In this document: positions 1 through 10,233 of the stretch, one piece after another
Position numbering within the stretch: position 1 is the first letter of the stretch
Layout: each line of letters begins with the position of its first letter
DNA from: Rubripirellula sp.
GTDB lineage: Bacteria > Planctomycetota > Planctomycetia > Pirellulales > Pirellulaceae
Length of the DNA: 64,000 nt
NCBI GenBank assembly: GCA_965216875.1
Contig: OZ244207.1
Span: 6,784,001-6,848,000 of the forward strand
Reading direction: 5' to 3'
Translations under genes and position numbers: made by a program
The notes under the pieces: generated by a model
The model's database searches: none
Told to the model about the DNA's origin: nothing
What the model saw: the letters and a program-made list of their open reading frames with translations, nothing else

Positions 1-1
1 C

Positions 2-1477
2 GACTCCGATCTGCTTGCGGCTCGGAGTCGGTTGGTCTTCCAAGAATTGTTCGTGATGCAACTTGCATTGGCGATGCGGCGGCGGGCATTAACCACCGAG
101 TTACGAGCGCCGCCTCTTGAGCCCAATGCGATGATCAATGCACGGATCCTCAAGCGGTTTCCGTTTGAGTTGACAGCGGACCAGAAGAAGGCGATCGAAC
201 AGATTGGTGCCGACATGTCCCGCCAGTTTCCGATGAATCGATTGCTGCAAGGGGATGTCGGTAGCGGAAAGACCGTGGTTGCGATCTATGCGATGATGTT
301 GGCCGTCGCGGGTGGTCATCAAGCGGTGATGATGGCACCGACGGAAGTCCTTGCGCGGCAACATTACCAATCGTTGAGCGAAACGCTCGCCTCAAGTCGC
401 GTTCGCGTTGGCCTGTTGTGTGGTTCGCTCTCTGCGGGCGAGCGCCGCGAGGTCATCGAAAAAACGGCCAGCGGTGAAATCGATTTGTTGGTTGGCACTC
501 AAGCACTTGTTTACGGCACGCTTGAGTTTCACCGCCTCGGCTTGTGTGTGATCGATGAACAGCACAAGTTTGGAGTCAACCAACGTGTCGCACTTCGCAG
601 CGGCGGTATCGACCCGCATTACTTGGTGATGTCGGCGACGCCCATTCCGCGATCGATCGCAATGACTGTCTTTGGTGATGTGGATCTCACGACGCTGCGG
701 GACAAACCGCCAGGTCGCGGGAAGGTCAACACGTACCTTGCTCACGACGGCTGGAAGCAACGTTGGTGGAAATTCGTTCGCAGTCAGCTCGATGAAGGGC
801 GTCAAGTCTTTGTGGTGGCACCGCGTGTTGCTTCCGAAGCGAGTGAGAATGACGACGATACGGAAGATATTTCGTCCGTGGAGTCTGTCTTCGAGCAACT
901 TTGCAACGGACCACTTTCTGATTATCGAGTCGGTTTGTTGCACGGGAAGATGCCCAACGAGGCCAAGCAATCGATGATGGATTCGTTTGCCTCAGGAAAG
1001 CTGCAGGTGCTTGTCAGTACCACCGTGATCGAAGTCGGGATCAATGTTCCCAACGCTACGGTGATGACGATCTTGGGCGCTGAGCGTTTTGGTTTGGCGC
1101 AGCTGCACCAGCTTCGAGGGCGTGTTTCGCGGGGGAGTCACGCTGGACATGTCTGCGTGTTTACCGATGGCGAGCAACCACCGGAAGAGAACGAGCGGTT
1201 ACAGATATTCGAGCAATCAGACGATGGGTTCGACTTGGCTGAGGCCGATTTTCGCCACCGCGGTCCAGGCGACATCCTTGGCAAAAAGCAAAGCGGTTTG
1301 CCACCGATGCGAATCGCGAACCTCACCGAAGACCTTTCGATTTTGATGGTCGCGCGCGAAATGGCTCAAGAGATCATCGATGCCGATCCAGAGCTGAGCG
1401 ACCCGCAATACGCGGAATTGAAAGGACAAATGGTCCGCCGCTACGGTGCCCGGTTGAACCTTGGCGATGTCGCCTAG
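2..1477 (+). CDS. recG: ATP-dependent DNA helicase RecG (5'-truncated by window edge)
   Basis: Open frame from base 2. Motifs ARSRLVFQEL, MNRLLQGDVGSGKT (Walker A), IDEQHKFG (DExH), MSATPIPRS, STTVIEVGINVPNA, AERFGLAQLHQLRGRVSRG, DGFDLAEADFRHRGPGD. Confidence 0.96.
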   Translation, partial: DSDLLAARSRLVFQELFVMQLALAMRRRALTTELRAPPLEPNAMINARILKRFPFELTADQKKAIEQIGADMSRQFPMNRLLQGDVGSGKTVVAIYAMMLAVAGGHQAVMMAPTEVLARQHYQSLSETLASSRVRVGLLCGSLSAGERREVIEKTASGEIDLLVGTQALVYGTLEFHRLGLCVIDEQHKFGVNQRVALRSGGIDPHYLVMSATPIPRSIAMTVFGDVDLTTLRDKPPGRGKVNTYLAHDGWKQRWWKFVRSQLDEGRQVFVVAPRVASEASENDDDTEDISSVESVFEQLCNGPLSDYRVGLLHGKMPNEAKQSMMDSFASGKLQVLVSTTVIEVGINVPNATVMTILGAERFGLAQLHQLRGRVSRGSHAGHVCVFTDGEQPPEENERLQIFEQSDDGFDLAEADFRHRGPGDILGKKQSGLPPMRIANLTEDLSILMVAREMAQEIIDADPELSDPQYAELKGQMVRRYGARLNLGDVA

Positions 1478-1497
1478 TCGCGCGGGACGATTTCGGC

Positions 1498-1591
1498 GGG
1501 AGGGCGACGCTCCTGCGGAGCCGTGCGCAGTTCGGCAGGAGCCTCACCCTCCCGATCCGATGGGCGCAGTTCGGCAGGAGCCTCACCCTCC
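1498..1591. repeat. REP-like palindromic cluster, family R1 (GGGAGGGCGACGCTCCTGCGGAGC and its inverse)
   Basis: One + copy at 1498-1521 and two inverted copies at 1530-1553 and 1569-1591. A 28-bp perfect direct repeat lies at 1525-1552/1564-1591. Same family at 2843-2900 and 33652-33675. Confidence 0.85.
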
Positions 1592-1633
1592 TTGGCGACG
1601 TTGCCTAGTCTTTCTTGAGGGTGCCGAAACGTC

Positions 1634-1711
1634 GTAGCTACCTTCGCCAGAAGGTGGACCGCTCCGGCAATCCGCTCTCCACCACCCCACGCTCTGGCGA
1701 GCGTAGCTTCG
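1634..1711. repeat. GTAG-type REP inverted pair, family R2
   Basis: CGTAGCTACCTTCGCCAGAAGGTGG ... CCACGCTCTGGCGAGCGTAGCTTCG form an imperfect inverted pair. Confidence 0.7.
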
Positions 1712-1828
1712 GGTGATTTCGCCCCGCCTTCTTCAGTTTGGCTTCTGCGATTACGTTGTTGACGCGTTTTGCCCAGGTTTTCGACCAAGATTCCCCAAGT
1801 CCCGTTGGACGTATTTCACAGAAGCATC

Positions 1829-2821
1829 ATGGCTAGTTTTGACGTATTTGGCGTTGGTAATGCACTTGTTGACATTCAAGCCCGAGTCGACGACTCGGTA
1901 TTGACGCAGCTCGATTTCGAGAAAGGCATCATGACGCTGGTCGACAACGATCGCCAGGCATCGGTGATTGGAAAGCTCGATGGACACTCGCTCAACCGAT
2001 GTGCTGGTGGCTCGGCCGCGAACACCATTGTCGCACTCGCCGATTTTGGAGGCTCGGCCGCATTCGTCGGCAAGGTTGGCAGCGACGAAGTGGGCAACTT
2101 CTTTCTGCAAGACATGCGTGAACTCGGTATCTCGATCAACGTTGCCCCTACGGCGACCGCGCCGACGGGAACGTGCGCTGTGCTGATCACCGAAGACGCA
2201 CAACGGACGATGCTGACCAACCTGGGCGCATCGGCAACCTTGACCGAAGACGACATTGACGAAGAAGTCATTCGCCAGGCCAAGTACGTCTACGTCGAAG
2301 GCTACTTGCTGACGGGTGAAACAACGAAAGCGGCTGCCTATCGAGCGATGGCGCTGGCCAAAAGCAACGGCGTGAAAGTTGCTTTCACCGCATCGGATCC
2401 CTTTTTGGTCAATATGATTCGCGATGAGATCTGGGAACTGATCACCGGTCCGGTTGACCTCTTCTTCTGTAATGAGCAGGAAGCTCAAAGCTTGACAGGT
2501 GAAACCGATCCGATCGCCTGTGCCGCAAAGATCCACGACCACGCCGAAAACGTTGCGTTGACCCTCGGTGATAAAGGATCGATCGTCATGCACGGTGGCG
2601 AATCGTTTCCGATCGAAGGCGTGCCGATCAAAGCGATCGATACGACGGGAGCTGGCGACATGTATGCCGGCGCATTGCTTTACGGCATCACCAACGGCAT
2701 GGACTGGCGCCAAGCTGGCCACCTTGCGTCGCACGCCGCATCGCGCATCGTCGAACAAATGGGTGCACGGCTCGAACGCAAGTTCACCGACGACGAGATC
2801 AAACAGCTTGGCGAAATGTAA
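1829..2821 (+). CDS. PfkB-family carbohydrate/adenosine kinase
   Basis: [15 protein letters not shown] and [16 protein letters not shown] (PfkB signature 2). Start set at ATG 1829. Confidence 0.92.
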   Translation: MASFDVFGVGNALVDIQARVDDSVLTQLDFEKGIMTLVDNDRQASVIGKLDGHSLNRCAGGSAANTIVALADFGGSAAFVGKVGSDEVGNFFLQDMRELGISINVAPTATAPTGTCAVLITEDAQRTMLTNLGASATLTEDDIDEEVIRQAKYVYVEGYLLTGETTKAAAYRAMALAKSNGVKVAFTASDPFLVNMIRDEIWELITGPVDLFFCNEQEAQSLTGETDPIACAAKIHDHAENVALTLGDKGSIVMHGGESFPIEGVPIKAIDTTGAGDMYAGALLYGITNGMDWRQAGHLASHAASRIVEQMGARLERKFTDDEIKQLGEM

Positions 2822-2842
2822 TCGGGAGCGCGACGGCGCAAT

Positions 2843-2900
2843 GGGAGGGCGACGCTCCTGCGGAGCTGCGCGCACGGTTCGGCGGGAGCCTCACGCTCCC
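2843..2900. repeat. REP-like inverted pair, family R1
   Basis: GGGAGGGCGACGCTCCTGCGGAGC (identical to 1498-1521) plus inverted GTTCGGCGGGAGCCTCACGCTCCC. Confidence 0.85.
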
Positions 2901-2914
2901 ACGAGCGTCGCTAC

Positions 2915-2963
2915 AAAAAAAATGTGGGACGGTCGACTTGGTGCCGGGTGTCGACCGTCCCAC
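2915..2963 (-). terminator. Rho-independent terminator for the minus-strand gene at 3058-3378
   Basis: Perfect 14-bp stem GTGGGACGGTCGAC/GTCGACCGTCCCAC with an A8 tract on the + strand (U-tract on minus). Confidence 0.7.
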
Positions 2964-3057
2964 TGACGCGGATGGCCCCACCCGCGCACGTCGCTTTCAA
3001 TTCGGTTTAGGGATGCATCCCCCAATGCATTCCCTGCATTCGGTTGGCGTTGACTTC

Positions 3058-3378
3058 TTAGAAGCCGAAGTGCAACGAAACACCACCTCGGCTCACGCCG
3101 ATGGAATTGCCCCGACCGTAGTAAGGGACTCCGCCGTAGTAGCCGCCATACCGCGAGCGGTAAAGCGATCCATGATGGTGATGATGGATGTGTCCGTAGT
3201 CGCGATAGGGCGAGTAGCGGTATGCGCGATGCGGCACGTAACTGGGGTAGCGAACCGGAGCGCCGTAAGCGCGGTACGAACGGCTCGAGATGCAGTAGTC
3301 CGCGGAAGCTTGATCAGCAACCACAGCCGAACCGGCCAAAACGACGGCCACGGCAAGAAGCTTTTTGAGACTTGGCAT
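3058..3378 (-). CDS. small secreted Tyr/Gly/His-rich hypothetical protein
   Basis: Signal peptide MPSLKKLLAVAVVLAGSAVVADQASA, low-complexity Y/G/R body with HIHHHHH, C-terminus GVSLHFGF. Confidence 0.75.
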   Translation of the reverse strand: MPSLKKLLAVAVVLAGSAVVADQASADYCISSRSYRAYGAPVRYPSYVPHRAYRYSPYRDYGHIHHHHHGSLYRSRYGGYYGGVPYYGRGNSIGVSRGGVSLHFGF

Positions 3379-3638
3379 TGGTGAATCCTGGTCTGGAGTC
3401 TTGATCGCCCGAAGCGATTCTTTGGGGGAAGGGCCAGCTGCCCACGGCTCTAGCAAGATGCACGTGCCAGACCAAAACGCTAAAAAGAGACTGCGTATTG
3501 CAGTAAGTCGTGCAATAGAAACGGTTTAAGGAAAATCAGGCCGTTTTCAGGCGAGAGCGGAGTGTCGTCGATGTGACGTCAGTGCTGTGGCAGATAGGAT
3601 GACACTGAGCCGCGTGGGTTGCGTGGGTTGCGTTCCAG

Positions 3639-3751
3639 CAATCACCCTCCCGCTTGCGGGAGGGTCGGGCGCTAAAGCCCGGGGAGGGAGTGATCGTTGC
3701 AAAAACAGACCCTCTCCGGGCCTTAGAGCCCGACTCTCCCAAAGGAGAGTG
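3639..3751 (+). repeat. ~110-bp palindromic intergenic element (CCCTCCCGCTTGCGGGAGGG family), copy A
   Basis: Near-identical copies at 9997-10108 (inverted), 30745-30855 and 36132-36242. Left and right arms are imperfect inverted repeats. Confidence 0.9.
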
Positions 3752-3777
3752 TTAGCGGCGCATTTGCAACCTTTGCC

Positions 3778-5691
3778 CTAGACGTCGATCGCTTCGGCTT
3801 CTTCGGCCCTATCCATAATGAACCGAAAACGAGCCGAAGCGTCACGCCCCATCAAGTCACTGATCACTCGATCGGTTTCGAGTTGGTCATCGATATCGAC
3901 TCGATGCAGCGTTCGGGTTTCGGGATTCAGAGTGGTTTCCCAGAGTGTCTTCGGCATCATCTCGCCGAGACCTTTAAAGCGAGTGATCTCGGGCTTGGCT
4001 CGTTTGGCATGCGCTTCGAGGATTTCTTCCCGCGCCTCTTCGTCTTTCGCCCAGTAGGTCTCTTTGCCGATGTCGATTCGATAAAGAGGCGGAACGGCGA
4101 TGTACAACTTGCCGGCCGAAATCAAACCGGGCATGTGTCGATAAAAGAACGTCAGCAAGAGTGTTGTGATGTGGTGACCATCCGAATCGGCATCGGCAAG
4201 CAGGATGACACGTTCGTAGCGAAGGTTGGCAAGACTGATGCTTGGTCCGATGCCACAACCGAGCGCCGACACCATGTCTTGGATCTCTTTGTTCTCGAGA
4301 ACCTTTTTTAGCGTTGCGCTTTCGGTGTTAAGGACCTTACCGCGCAGTGGCAAGATCGCTTGGTAGTTTCGATCGCGACCTTGTTTCGCACTCCCACCGG
4401 CCGAGTCACCTTCGACGATGAAGATCTCCGAATCGCCTTTGCCACTGGCGACACAGTCGCTCAGTTTGCCTGGCAGCATCGTTCGTTTGGAGCCACCTTT
4501 GCGCGAGACGGCTTCGGAAGCGGCTCGGGAAGCGGCGCGAGCACGAGCAGCCGCGATGATCCGCGCGATCACCGCGTCGGCAATGCTGCGGTTTTCGTTC
4601 ATCCATTGTTCCAACAGAGGACGAACGGCGCTTTCAACCACGGGTTGGACTTCGGGATTATTAAGACGGTCTTTGGTTTGACCTTGGAACTGCGGTTCGG
4701 CAACAAACACGGAGACGATGGCCACGAGGCCTTCGCGAATGTCTTCGTGCGTGATCTTGACGCCGCGCGGTGTCAAGTTGTGCGTGTCGATGTAGTTGCG
4801 GACTGCTTTGTTGAGTCCACTGCGGAAACCGTTTTCGTGAGTACCACCGCTGCCGGTGGGAATGCCGTTGACGTAGCTGCGAACATGCTCATCGGTCGAT
4901 TCGGTCCACTGAAGCGTCAGTTCCATTCGCAAGTCATCGTCTTTGCGGATGGTAAACGGGGCTTCGTGGATCGGTCGCGCCTTACGTTCCTTCATCACCT
5001 TTTTCAGGTAATCGACGATGCCGTCTTCATGCAGGAACGTCTCTTTGGTTTTCGCGGTTTCGTCGACAAAGGTGACCTTCAGCCCGCGGTGCAAAAAGCT
5101 GGCGGTTTCCAGCCGGTGACGGATGATGGCGCTGTCAAAGTCGGTCTTCGGAAAGATCGTTGGGTCGGGCGTGAAGGTGATCGTTGTGCCCGTTCCCCGA
5201 ACTGCGCCCTTGAGTTTTTGCAGTTTCGACTTGGCGACACCGCGGGCGAAGACCATTCGGAATTGCGATCCACCGCGACGTACGACGGCGGTCAATTCCT
5301 TTGAAAGCGCGTTGACGACCGATGCCCCGACGCCGTGCAGTCCGCCTGAGGTCTTGTAGTTTTCACCGTCAAATTTGCCGCCGGCATGCAGAATGGTTAG
5401 CACCATTTCGAGTGCTGGCTTTTTCGTCTTGGGATGTTTGTCGACGGGAATTCCGCGCCCGTTGTCGGCAACCGTTACCGTGCGTCCGTCTTTGTGGAGT
5501 GTCACGGTGATTTCGGAAGCATGGCCGTTCATCGCCTCGTCAACCGAGTTGTCGACGACTTCCCAAATCAAGTGGTGCAGACCTGCCGTGCCGACGCCAC
5601 CGATGTACATGCCGGGGCGTTTGCGTACCGGTTCAAGACCTTCGAGGGCGACAATGTCTTTTGCGTTGTAAGCTTTGGTTGCTGTGCTCAT
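3778..5691 (-). CDS. parE: DNA topoisomerase IV subunit B (GyrB/ParE family)
   Basis: LEGLEPVRKRPGMYIG, EVVDNSVDEA, GLHGVGASVVNALS, VEGDSAGGSA, PLRGKVLN, DADSDGHHI, RFKGLGEM. ~637 aa, no long GyrB insert. Confidence 0.85.
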   Translation of the reverse strand: MSTATKAYNAKDIVALEGLEPVRKRPGMYIGGVGTAGLHHLIWEVVDNSVDEAMNGHASEITVTLHKDGRTVTVADNGRGIPVDKHPKTKKPALEMVLTILHAGGKFDGENYKTSGGLHGVGASVVNALSKELTAVVRRGGSQFRMVFARGVAKSKLQKLKGAVRGTGTTITFTPDPTIFPKTDFDSAIIRHRLETASFLHRGLKVTFVDETAKTKETFLHEDGIVDYLKKVMKERKARPIHEAPFTIRKDDDLRMELTLQWTESTDEHVRSYVNGIPTGSGGTHENGFRSGLNKAVRNYIDTHNLTPRGVKITHEDIREGLVAIVSVFVAEPQFQGQTKDRLNNPEVQPVVESAVRPLLEQWMNENRSIADAVIARIIAAARARAASRAASEAVSRKGGSKRTMLPGKLSDCVASGKGDSEIFIVEGDSAGGSAKQGRDRNYQAILPLRGKVLNTESATLKKVLENKEIQDMVSALGCGIGPSISLANLRYERVILLADADSDGHHITTLLLTFFYRHMPGLISAGKLYIAVPPLYRIDIGKETYWAKDEEAREEILEAHAKRAKPEITRFKGLGEMMPKTLWETTLNPETRTLHRVDIDDQLETDRVISDLMGRDASARFRFIMDRAEEAEAIDV

Positions 5692-5778
5692 AAAACTAAC
5701 TTCGTGCAACGTTGCAGGTTGGCCGGCGAGTTCCTTTTCGACTCTTGGGCTCTCGTTTCACTTTGGCGTGAAACGAAC

Positions 5779-8280
5779 CTACTTGGCTTCCTCGAACGGT
5801 TGGGGGGCTTCAATTGGTGGCAGGATGATCTCGGCGATCTTGCCATTCTTTTGAATCTCGTTTCCTCGACCGCCACGCGAAGTGACGCGGTACTTGGCAG
5901 TCGAAATGGTCTTCTTGGCACCTCGATTGGTCTTCACGGTCAACAGATCGCGATCGCCGGTCGAAGCCTTGAAGCCGAGCAATCGGTCGTTGCCGGTCAA
6001 ACGAATCAGGGTCACGCCTTTGCCGGGACCGGAGAGATAGTTGATCTCTTCGGCCGAACAAATCATGGCGCGACAATCGGCACTGACCGACAGAATCACT
6101 TCGTGACCAGCGATGGAAGCAACGTCAATGATCGAGGCGTCTCCCGTGACTCGAGCGAATCGGCGTCCCGTTCGCGTGGACGGTTCGACGAACGATTCGA
6201 GCCCAAAGCGGAGGGCAAAGCCGCTGGATGACGCCGCCAATCCATGTGTCTCGGGGCACAGGTCGGGGTTCTTGGGGTCTTCTTTGACATCACCGATGAC
6301 ACGTGGGTCAAACGACATCACCGAAACGATGCGTTCGCCATCTTTCATTTTGAAGAGCTTCTGGATCGGCTCGCCAAATCCGGTGGATGCGGGGATGTCG
6401 ATCATGCGCGCGGTGTAGCAGACTCCCAATGAGGAGAAGAAGCCGATCGTTTCACGCGTGCTTCCAGCAACCACCGCGAGCACACTGTCGCCTTGACGAA
6501 CACGACTCTTTCCAGGATCGGCAATTTGCTTCTGTCGCTTGACCCAACCATCCTTGGTGACAAGCACATGGCAATCTTCGGCAAGGATAAAGTCTTCAGC
6601 GGTGTATTCGACCTCTTCTTCGACTGTGTTGATCAGCGTACGGCGTTTCCCTTCGGGTTTTTTGCCGTAGTCGTTGATCAGTCCTTCGATTTCCTGGCGA
6701 ACGATTTGCCAACGTCCTGAGGCGTTGGTGTCTTTTGTGTCTTCGGCGAGTAGCTTCTTGATTTGCCGAGCACGTTTGCGTTTGTCCTTGAGTTCGTCCA
6801 GGATCAAGTTGATCTCAAGACGGGCAAGCCGGTACAGCTTGAGTTCAAGGATGGCGTCGGTCTGTTCTTCATCAAGTCCACCACCCCGACCGTCGGCTGG
6901 AAACTTTTTCATGATCTTCGCAGCCGCGTCCGCTTTCCCGTCGCTCTTGCGAATGATGCGAATGATCTGATCGAGCGCGTCAAAGATCAACGCAAACCCG
7001 TCAAGGATGTGAATGCGTTTTTCCAGCGAGTTGAGTTCGTTCTCCAGACGCCGTGTGATGACGTCCAGCCGGAAGTGCAGAAAGTGCCAAAGCATTTCCT
7101 TCAAGGACATCCGATTGGGCGTGCCGATCTCGGGGTTTTCGGTCGGCTCGAGGCAGGTCAAGTTGACGTTGAAATTGTTTTGCAGCTGCGTGTGTTTGTA
7201 GAGGTAGGCGAGTACCTTGTCTTCGTCGGCACCTTTTTTCAGCAGCAGGTCGACGCGAATCTCATCCGTGGAAAGGTCACGCACTTCGACGACTTGGGGG
7301 AGTTTGCCGCTAAAGACAATCTCGCTCATCCGTTCGACCATCGCCGATTTGTTGACGCCGAACGGAATCGAAGTGATCTGCAGCGTTTTATTGCTGCCTT
7401 TGGTGATCGACTTGGTCGTACCGCGTAGCTTGATCGTCCCCTGGCCAGTGGAATAGATCTCGCGCAACTCTTCTTTGGTGTTGATCACCTGGCCCCCGGT
7501 TGGGAAGTCGGGGCCTTGCACAGCGTCGTTGGCGACGAGTTGATAGTTCTTGATCTCGGGGTCGCGGAGAAGTTTCAGCAGGGCGCTGCAAACTTCGCGT
7601 AAGTTATGTGGCGGGATGTTTGTCGCCATTCCCACCGCGATGCCTGTCGCCCCGTTGACCAACAGGTTGGGCATCCGGCTTGGCAGGACAACGGGTTCTT
7701 CGCGGCTGCCGTCATAGTTCGGTTTGAATGCGACGGTGCGCGTGGCAAGGTCGGCAAGGACTTCGTTGGCCACCGGTGTCATTCGACATTCGGTGTAACG
7801 CATTGCAGCCGCGTTGTCGCCGTCGACGCTGCCAAAGTTTCCACTGCCATCGACAAGAGGCATGCGCAAACTAAATGGCTGGGCCATGCGCACCAGCGCG
7901 TCGTAAATGGAACTGTCGCCGTGCGGGTGATAGTTACCCATCACGTCACCGACCACCTTGGCGCACTTGCGGTGTTTGGCGGTCGTGGTGAGGCCTTGTT
8001 GGCCCATGGTGTAGAGGATTCGGCGCTGAACGGGCTTGAGGCCGTCGCGGACATCGGGCAGTGCGCGACTGGTGATCACCGACAGTGAGTAGTTGAGGTA
8101 CTTCTCTTGCGCGGCCTGACGCAGAGGCACCCCTCGAAGTAGGGTGTCTTCGACGTTATCGAAAAGCGATCCGTTGCTGTCGGCACCTTTCTTGGTCGAC
8201 CGTTTGCTGGGTCGCTTCGAAGTTGCCTTGCTTCGCGAGGCCGTTTTGCCCTTGGTCGGTCGTGCGCGGCGTTTAGCCAT
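5779..8280 (-). CDS. parC: DNA topoisomerase IV subunit A (GyrA/ParC family)
   Basis: [35 protein letters not shown], catalytic [25 protein letters not shown]. No canonical GyrA-box at the start of the CTD. Confidence 0.85.
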   Translation of the reverse strand: MAKRRARPTKGKTASRSKATSKRPSKRSTKKGADSNGSLFDNVEDTLLRGVPLRQAAQEKYLNYSLSVITSRALPDVRDGLKPVQRRILYTMGQQGLTTTAKHRKCAKVVGDVMGNYHPHGDSSIYDALVRMAQPFSLRMPLVDGSGNFGSVDGDNAAAMRYTECRMTPVANEVLADLATRTVAFKPNYDGSREEPVVLPSRMPNLLVNGATGIAVGMATNIPPHNLREVCSALLKLLRDPEIKNYQLVANDAVQGPDFPTGGQVINTKEELREIYSTGQGTIKLRGTTKSITKGSNKTLQITSIPFGVNKSAMVERMSEIVFSGKLPQVVEVRDLSTDEIRVDLLLKKGADEDKVLAYLYKHTQLQNNFNVNLTCLEPTENPEIGTPNRMSLKEMLWHFLHFRLDVITRRLENELNSLEKRIHILDGFALIFDALDQIIRIIRKSDGKADAAAKIMKKFPADGRGGGLDEEQTDAILELKLYRLARLEINLILDELKDKRKRARQIKKLLAEDTKDTNASGRWQIVRQEIEGLINDYGKKPEGKRRTLINTVEEEVEYTAEDFILAEDCHVLVTKDGWVKRQKQIADPGKSRVRQGDSVLAVVAGSTRETIGFFSSLGVCYTARMIDIPASTGFGEPIQKLFKMKDGERIVSVMSFDPRVIGDVKEDPKNPDLCPETHGLAASSSGFALRFGLESFVEPSTRTGRRFARVTGDASIIDVASIAGHEVILSVSADCRAMICSAEEINYLSGPGKGVTLIRLTGNDRLLGFKASTGDRDLLTVKTNRGAKKTISTAKYRVTSRGGRGNEIQKNGKIAEIILPPIEAPQPFEEAK

Positions 8281-8657
8281 GATTCCCCATAAATACGGGT
8301 TTGGGTTTGTTCAATTGGCCCAATATCGGGTCGCCAACCAGGTACTTGCTGACGATCGTACCCGATTGAGAGCCCGAGAAATTAGGCAGTTTGTGCCGTT
8401 GACGCTAGACGAGCCGTTTGCGGCGAGTGAAGTGGCCGAGGCACAGTGGCGGGTTATAGCGGTCAATCGCGTGGAAGTGAAACCGCTGATCACGGCGAGC
8501 TGGGCGATCCAGGGCAGAAAGGTTATCCGCGACCCGCTCGGGCTCCGAATGAAAGCGATAACACCAGTCCCTTAGACCGAGGGCGGCAATTCGTTTGTAG
8601 GTAGGCCCCTGAAAAAGGCCGCGCAGCAGAAAATCGGGTTCACGGAGGAACCGGACG

Positions 8658-9347
8658 ATGAAACTTCCAAATTTGCAACTAGGCCTCCGCTCGGCGGCGG
8701 CGCTGATGGCGATCGCCGGAACCTTGTCCGCCGCCAGCTTTAACGCCTACGCTCAAGGCGAATACATTGTCAGCTCACAGGTCGTTAGCGATGAAGTCGC
8801 TTCGCCAAGTGACAACGCCAGCGTCTATGTCGGCGACATGCCCAGTTGCGGCTGCGAAACGGCCGGATGCGATAACTGCGGCACCTGCAGTTCATGTGGT
8901 GAGTGCAGTAGCTGTGGCGACTGTGGTTCGTGTGGCGACCTTTGCGGAAACGGCTGCGGATCGTGTGGCGACGGGTGTGGTAGCTGCGGCTGCGGAAAAG
9001 CCTCTTTGCTTTCCGGTTTCAAGTGTGGCCCAAACTGCTGCAACGAATCGGATCGATGCTACGGCAAACCCGACTTGTTCTTCAACTACTACACGCAAGG
9101 CAACGCCAACCAAGCCAACGCGCAAATGTACTTGTCGCCGTTGCCAGTACCACCGAATGTCGGCCACACGTTCAACACGTACCAGCCGTTCTATCCTCAC
9201 GAGATGCTTTACTGGCACAAAGATCGCTTCCACAAGTACTACGACTGTGGCCGCGGCATGAATCGTACTCGGGCTATTTACTACAGCCCTCCGATTCGTC
9301 AAGCGATCAGCAACCTTTACTGGAATAAGCTGCGATTGCCTCGCTAA
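8658..9347 (+). CDS. secreted Cys-rich hypothetical protein
   Basis: RBS GGAGGA, signal-like N-terminus, about 20 Cys in a CxxC/CG-rich tract, aromatic/His/Pro-rich C-terminal domain. Confidence 0.85.
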   Translation: MKLPNLQLGLRSAAALMAIAGTLSAASFNAYAQGEYIVSSQVVSDEVASPSDNASVYVGDMPSCGCETAGCDNCGTCSSCGECSSCGDCGSCGDLCGNGCGSCGDGCGSCGCGKASLLSGFKCGPNCCNESDRCYGKPDLFFNYYTQGNANQANAQMYLSPLPVPPNVGHTFNTYQPFYPHEMLYWHKDRFHKYYDCGRGMNRTRAIYYSPPIRQAISNLYWNKLRLPR

Positions 9348-9425
9348 GCCCTTCGGGACCAACCGAGCTTAGTTGAGACCGATGCTGTCCACCAACCTTC
9401 CGACTTCCCACCGGGGAAAAAGAAT

Positions 9426-9800
9426 ATGATCCGAAAAATCATCCTCGCAGCCAGCTTCTTTTCGGCCTTGGCCGTCATGGGTTCGCCGCAAGCATCAGCC
9501 GACCATCCGTCGCTGAGTGACATTTGGGCATACGACGTGGCACAGCATCGTCCGTGGCACGGGTCGTACTACCACCAACAATACGGCCAACCTCTTGCGT
9601 TGGTCGTGCCACCGACCGCACACATGCGACAAACCTTTTCGTGGGGTGTCAGCCAAAACCTGAACCACGCGATTCACCATCAGTTTGGTCGCAGTGCAAC
9701 GCAGCCGGGCGCAGCACGCCCCGGCAGCTTTTACGCAACACCCCCGTGGCCAAGTCACACCGATCAATTCGGTGTCTACTACGTCCGCGGCCCTTGGTAA
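9426..9800 (+). CDS. secreted hypothetical protein
   Basis: Signal peptide MIRKIILAASFFSALAVMGSPQASA, His/Trp/Tyr-rich body, followed by a terminator. Confidence 0.8.
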   Translation: MIRKIILAASFFSALAVMGSPQASADHPSLSDIWAYDVAQHRPWHGSYYHQQYGQPLALVVPPTAHMRQTFSWGVSQNLNHAIHHQFGRSATQPGAARPGSFYATPPWPSHTDQFGVYYVRGPW

Positions 9801-9830
9801 CGCGTACCACCTACAATCGATACAACTGTC

Positions 9831-9866
9831 AAACGGTTGGTGCAGCAAATGCACCAACCGTTTTTT
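9831..9866 (+). terminator. Rho-independent terminator
   Basis: AAACGGTTGGTGCA-gcaaa-TGCACCAACCGTTT followed by a T tract. Confidence 0.85.
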
Positions 9867-9871
9867 CGTTT

Positions 9872-10233
9872 GTGAGCCGTACGCGCTAGCGTCGGGCCCT
9901 TTGAAAATCGAGCGCGTGCGATTATCAGAGAGCGGCAAGACGCTAGTGCTACAAGCTGCAATTGCGCTTCCACTAGGCTTCGAAACTGCGCATAGACACT
10001 CTCCCTTGGGAGAGTCGGGCTCTAAGGCCCGGAGAGGGTTTGTATATCGAGGGATGATTCCCTCCCCGGACTTTGCGTCCGACCCTCCCGCAAGCGGGAG
10101 GGTGATTGTTGGAACGCGAGTGAACCTGGACAAGCACTCTGCCTCACAGCACCGTAACTCCAATCCGCGACGCTGGCCGCTGGCTCTACTTCGCACCCAT
10201 GATGTAAGGCCCGACGCTGGCGCGCTCGGCTCA
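9872..10233. repeat. inverted pair of family R4 repeats (TGAGCCG...CGGCTCA) enclosing a 110-bp element
   Basis: 9872-9900 GTGAGCCGTACGCGCTAGCGTCGGGCCCT and 10203-10233 TGTAAGGCCCGACGCTGGCGCGCTCGGCTCA. Same family at 33527-33613. Confidence 0.75.
9997..10108 (-). repeat. ~110-bp palindromic intergenic element, copy B (inverted)
   Basis: Reverse complement closely matches 30745-30855 and 3639-3751. Confidence 0.9.

Noticed and set aside
3778..8280. DNA gyrase gyrA/gyrB
   Set aside because: No canonical GyrA-box at the CTD start and a short B subunit. Topo IV-type is preferred, though not proven without phylogeny.
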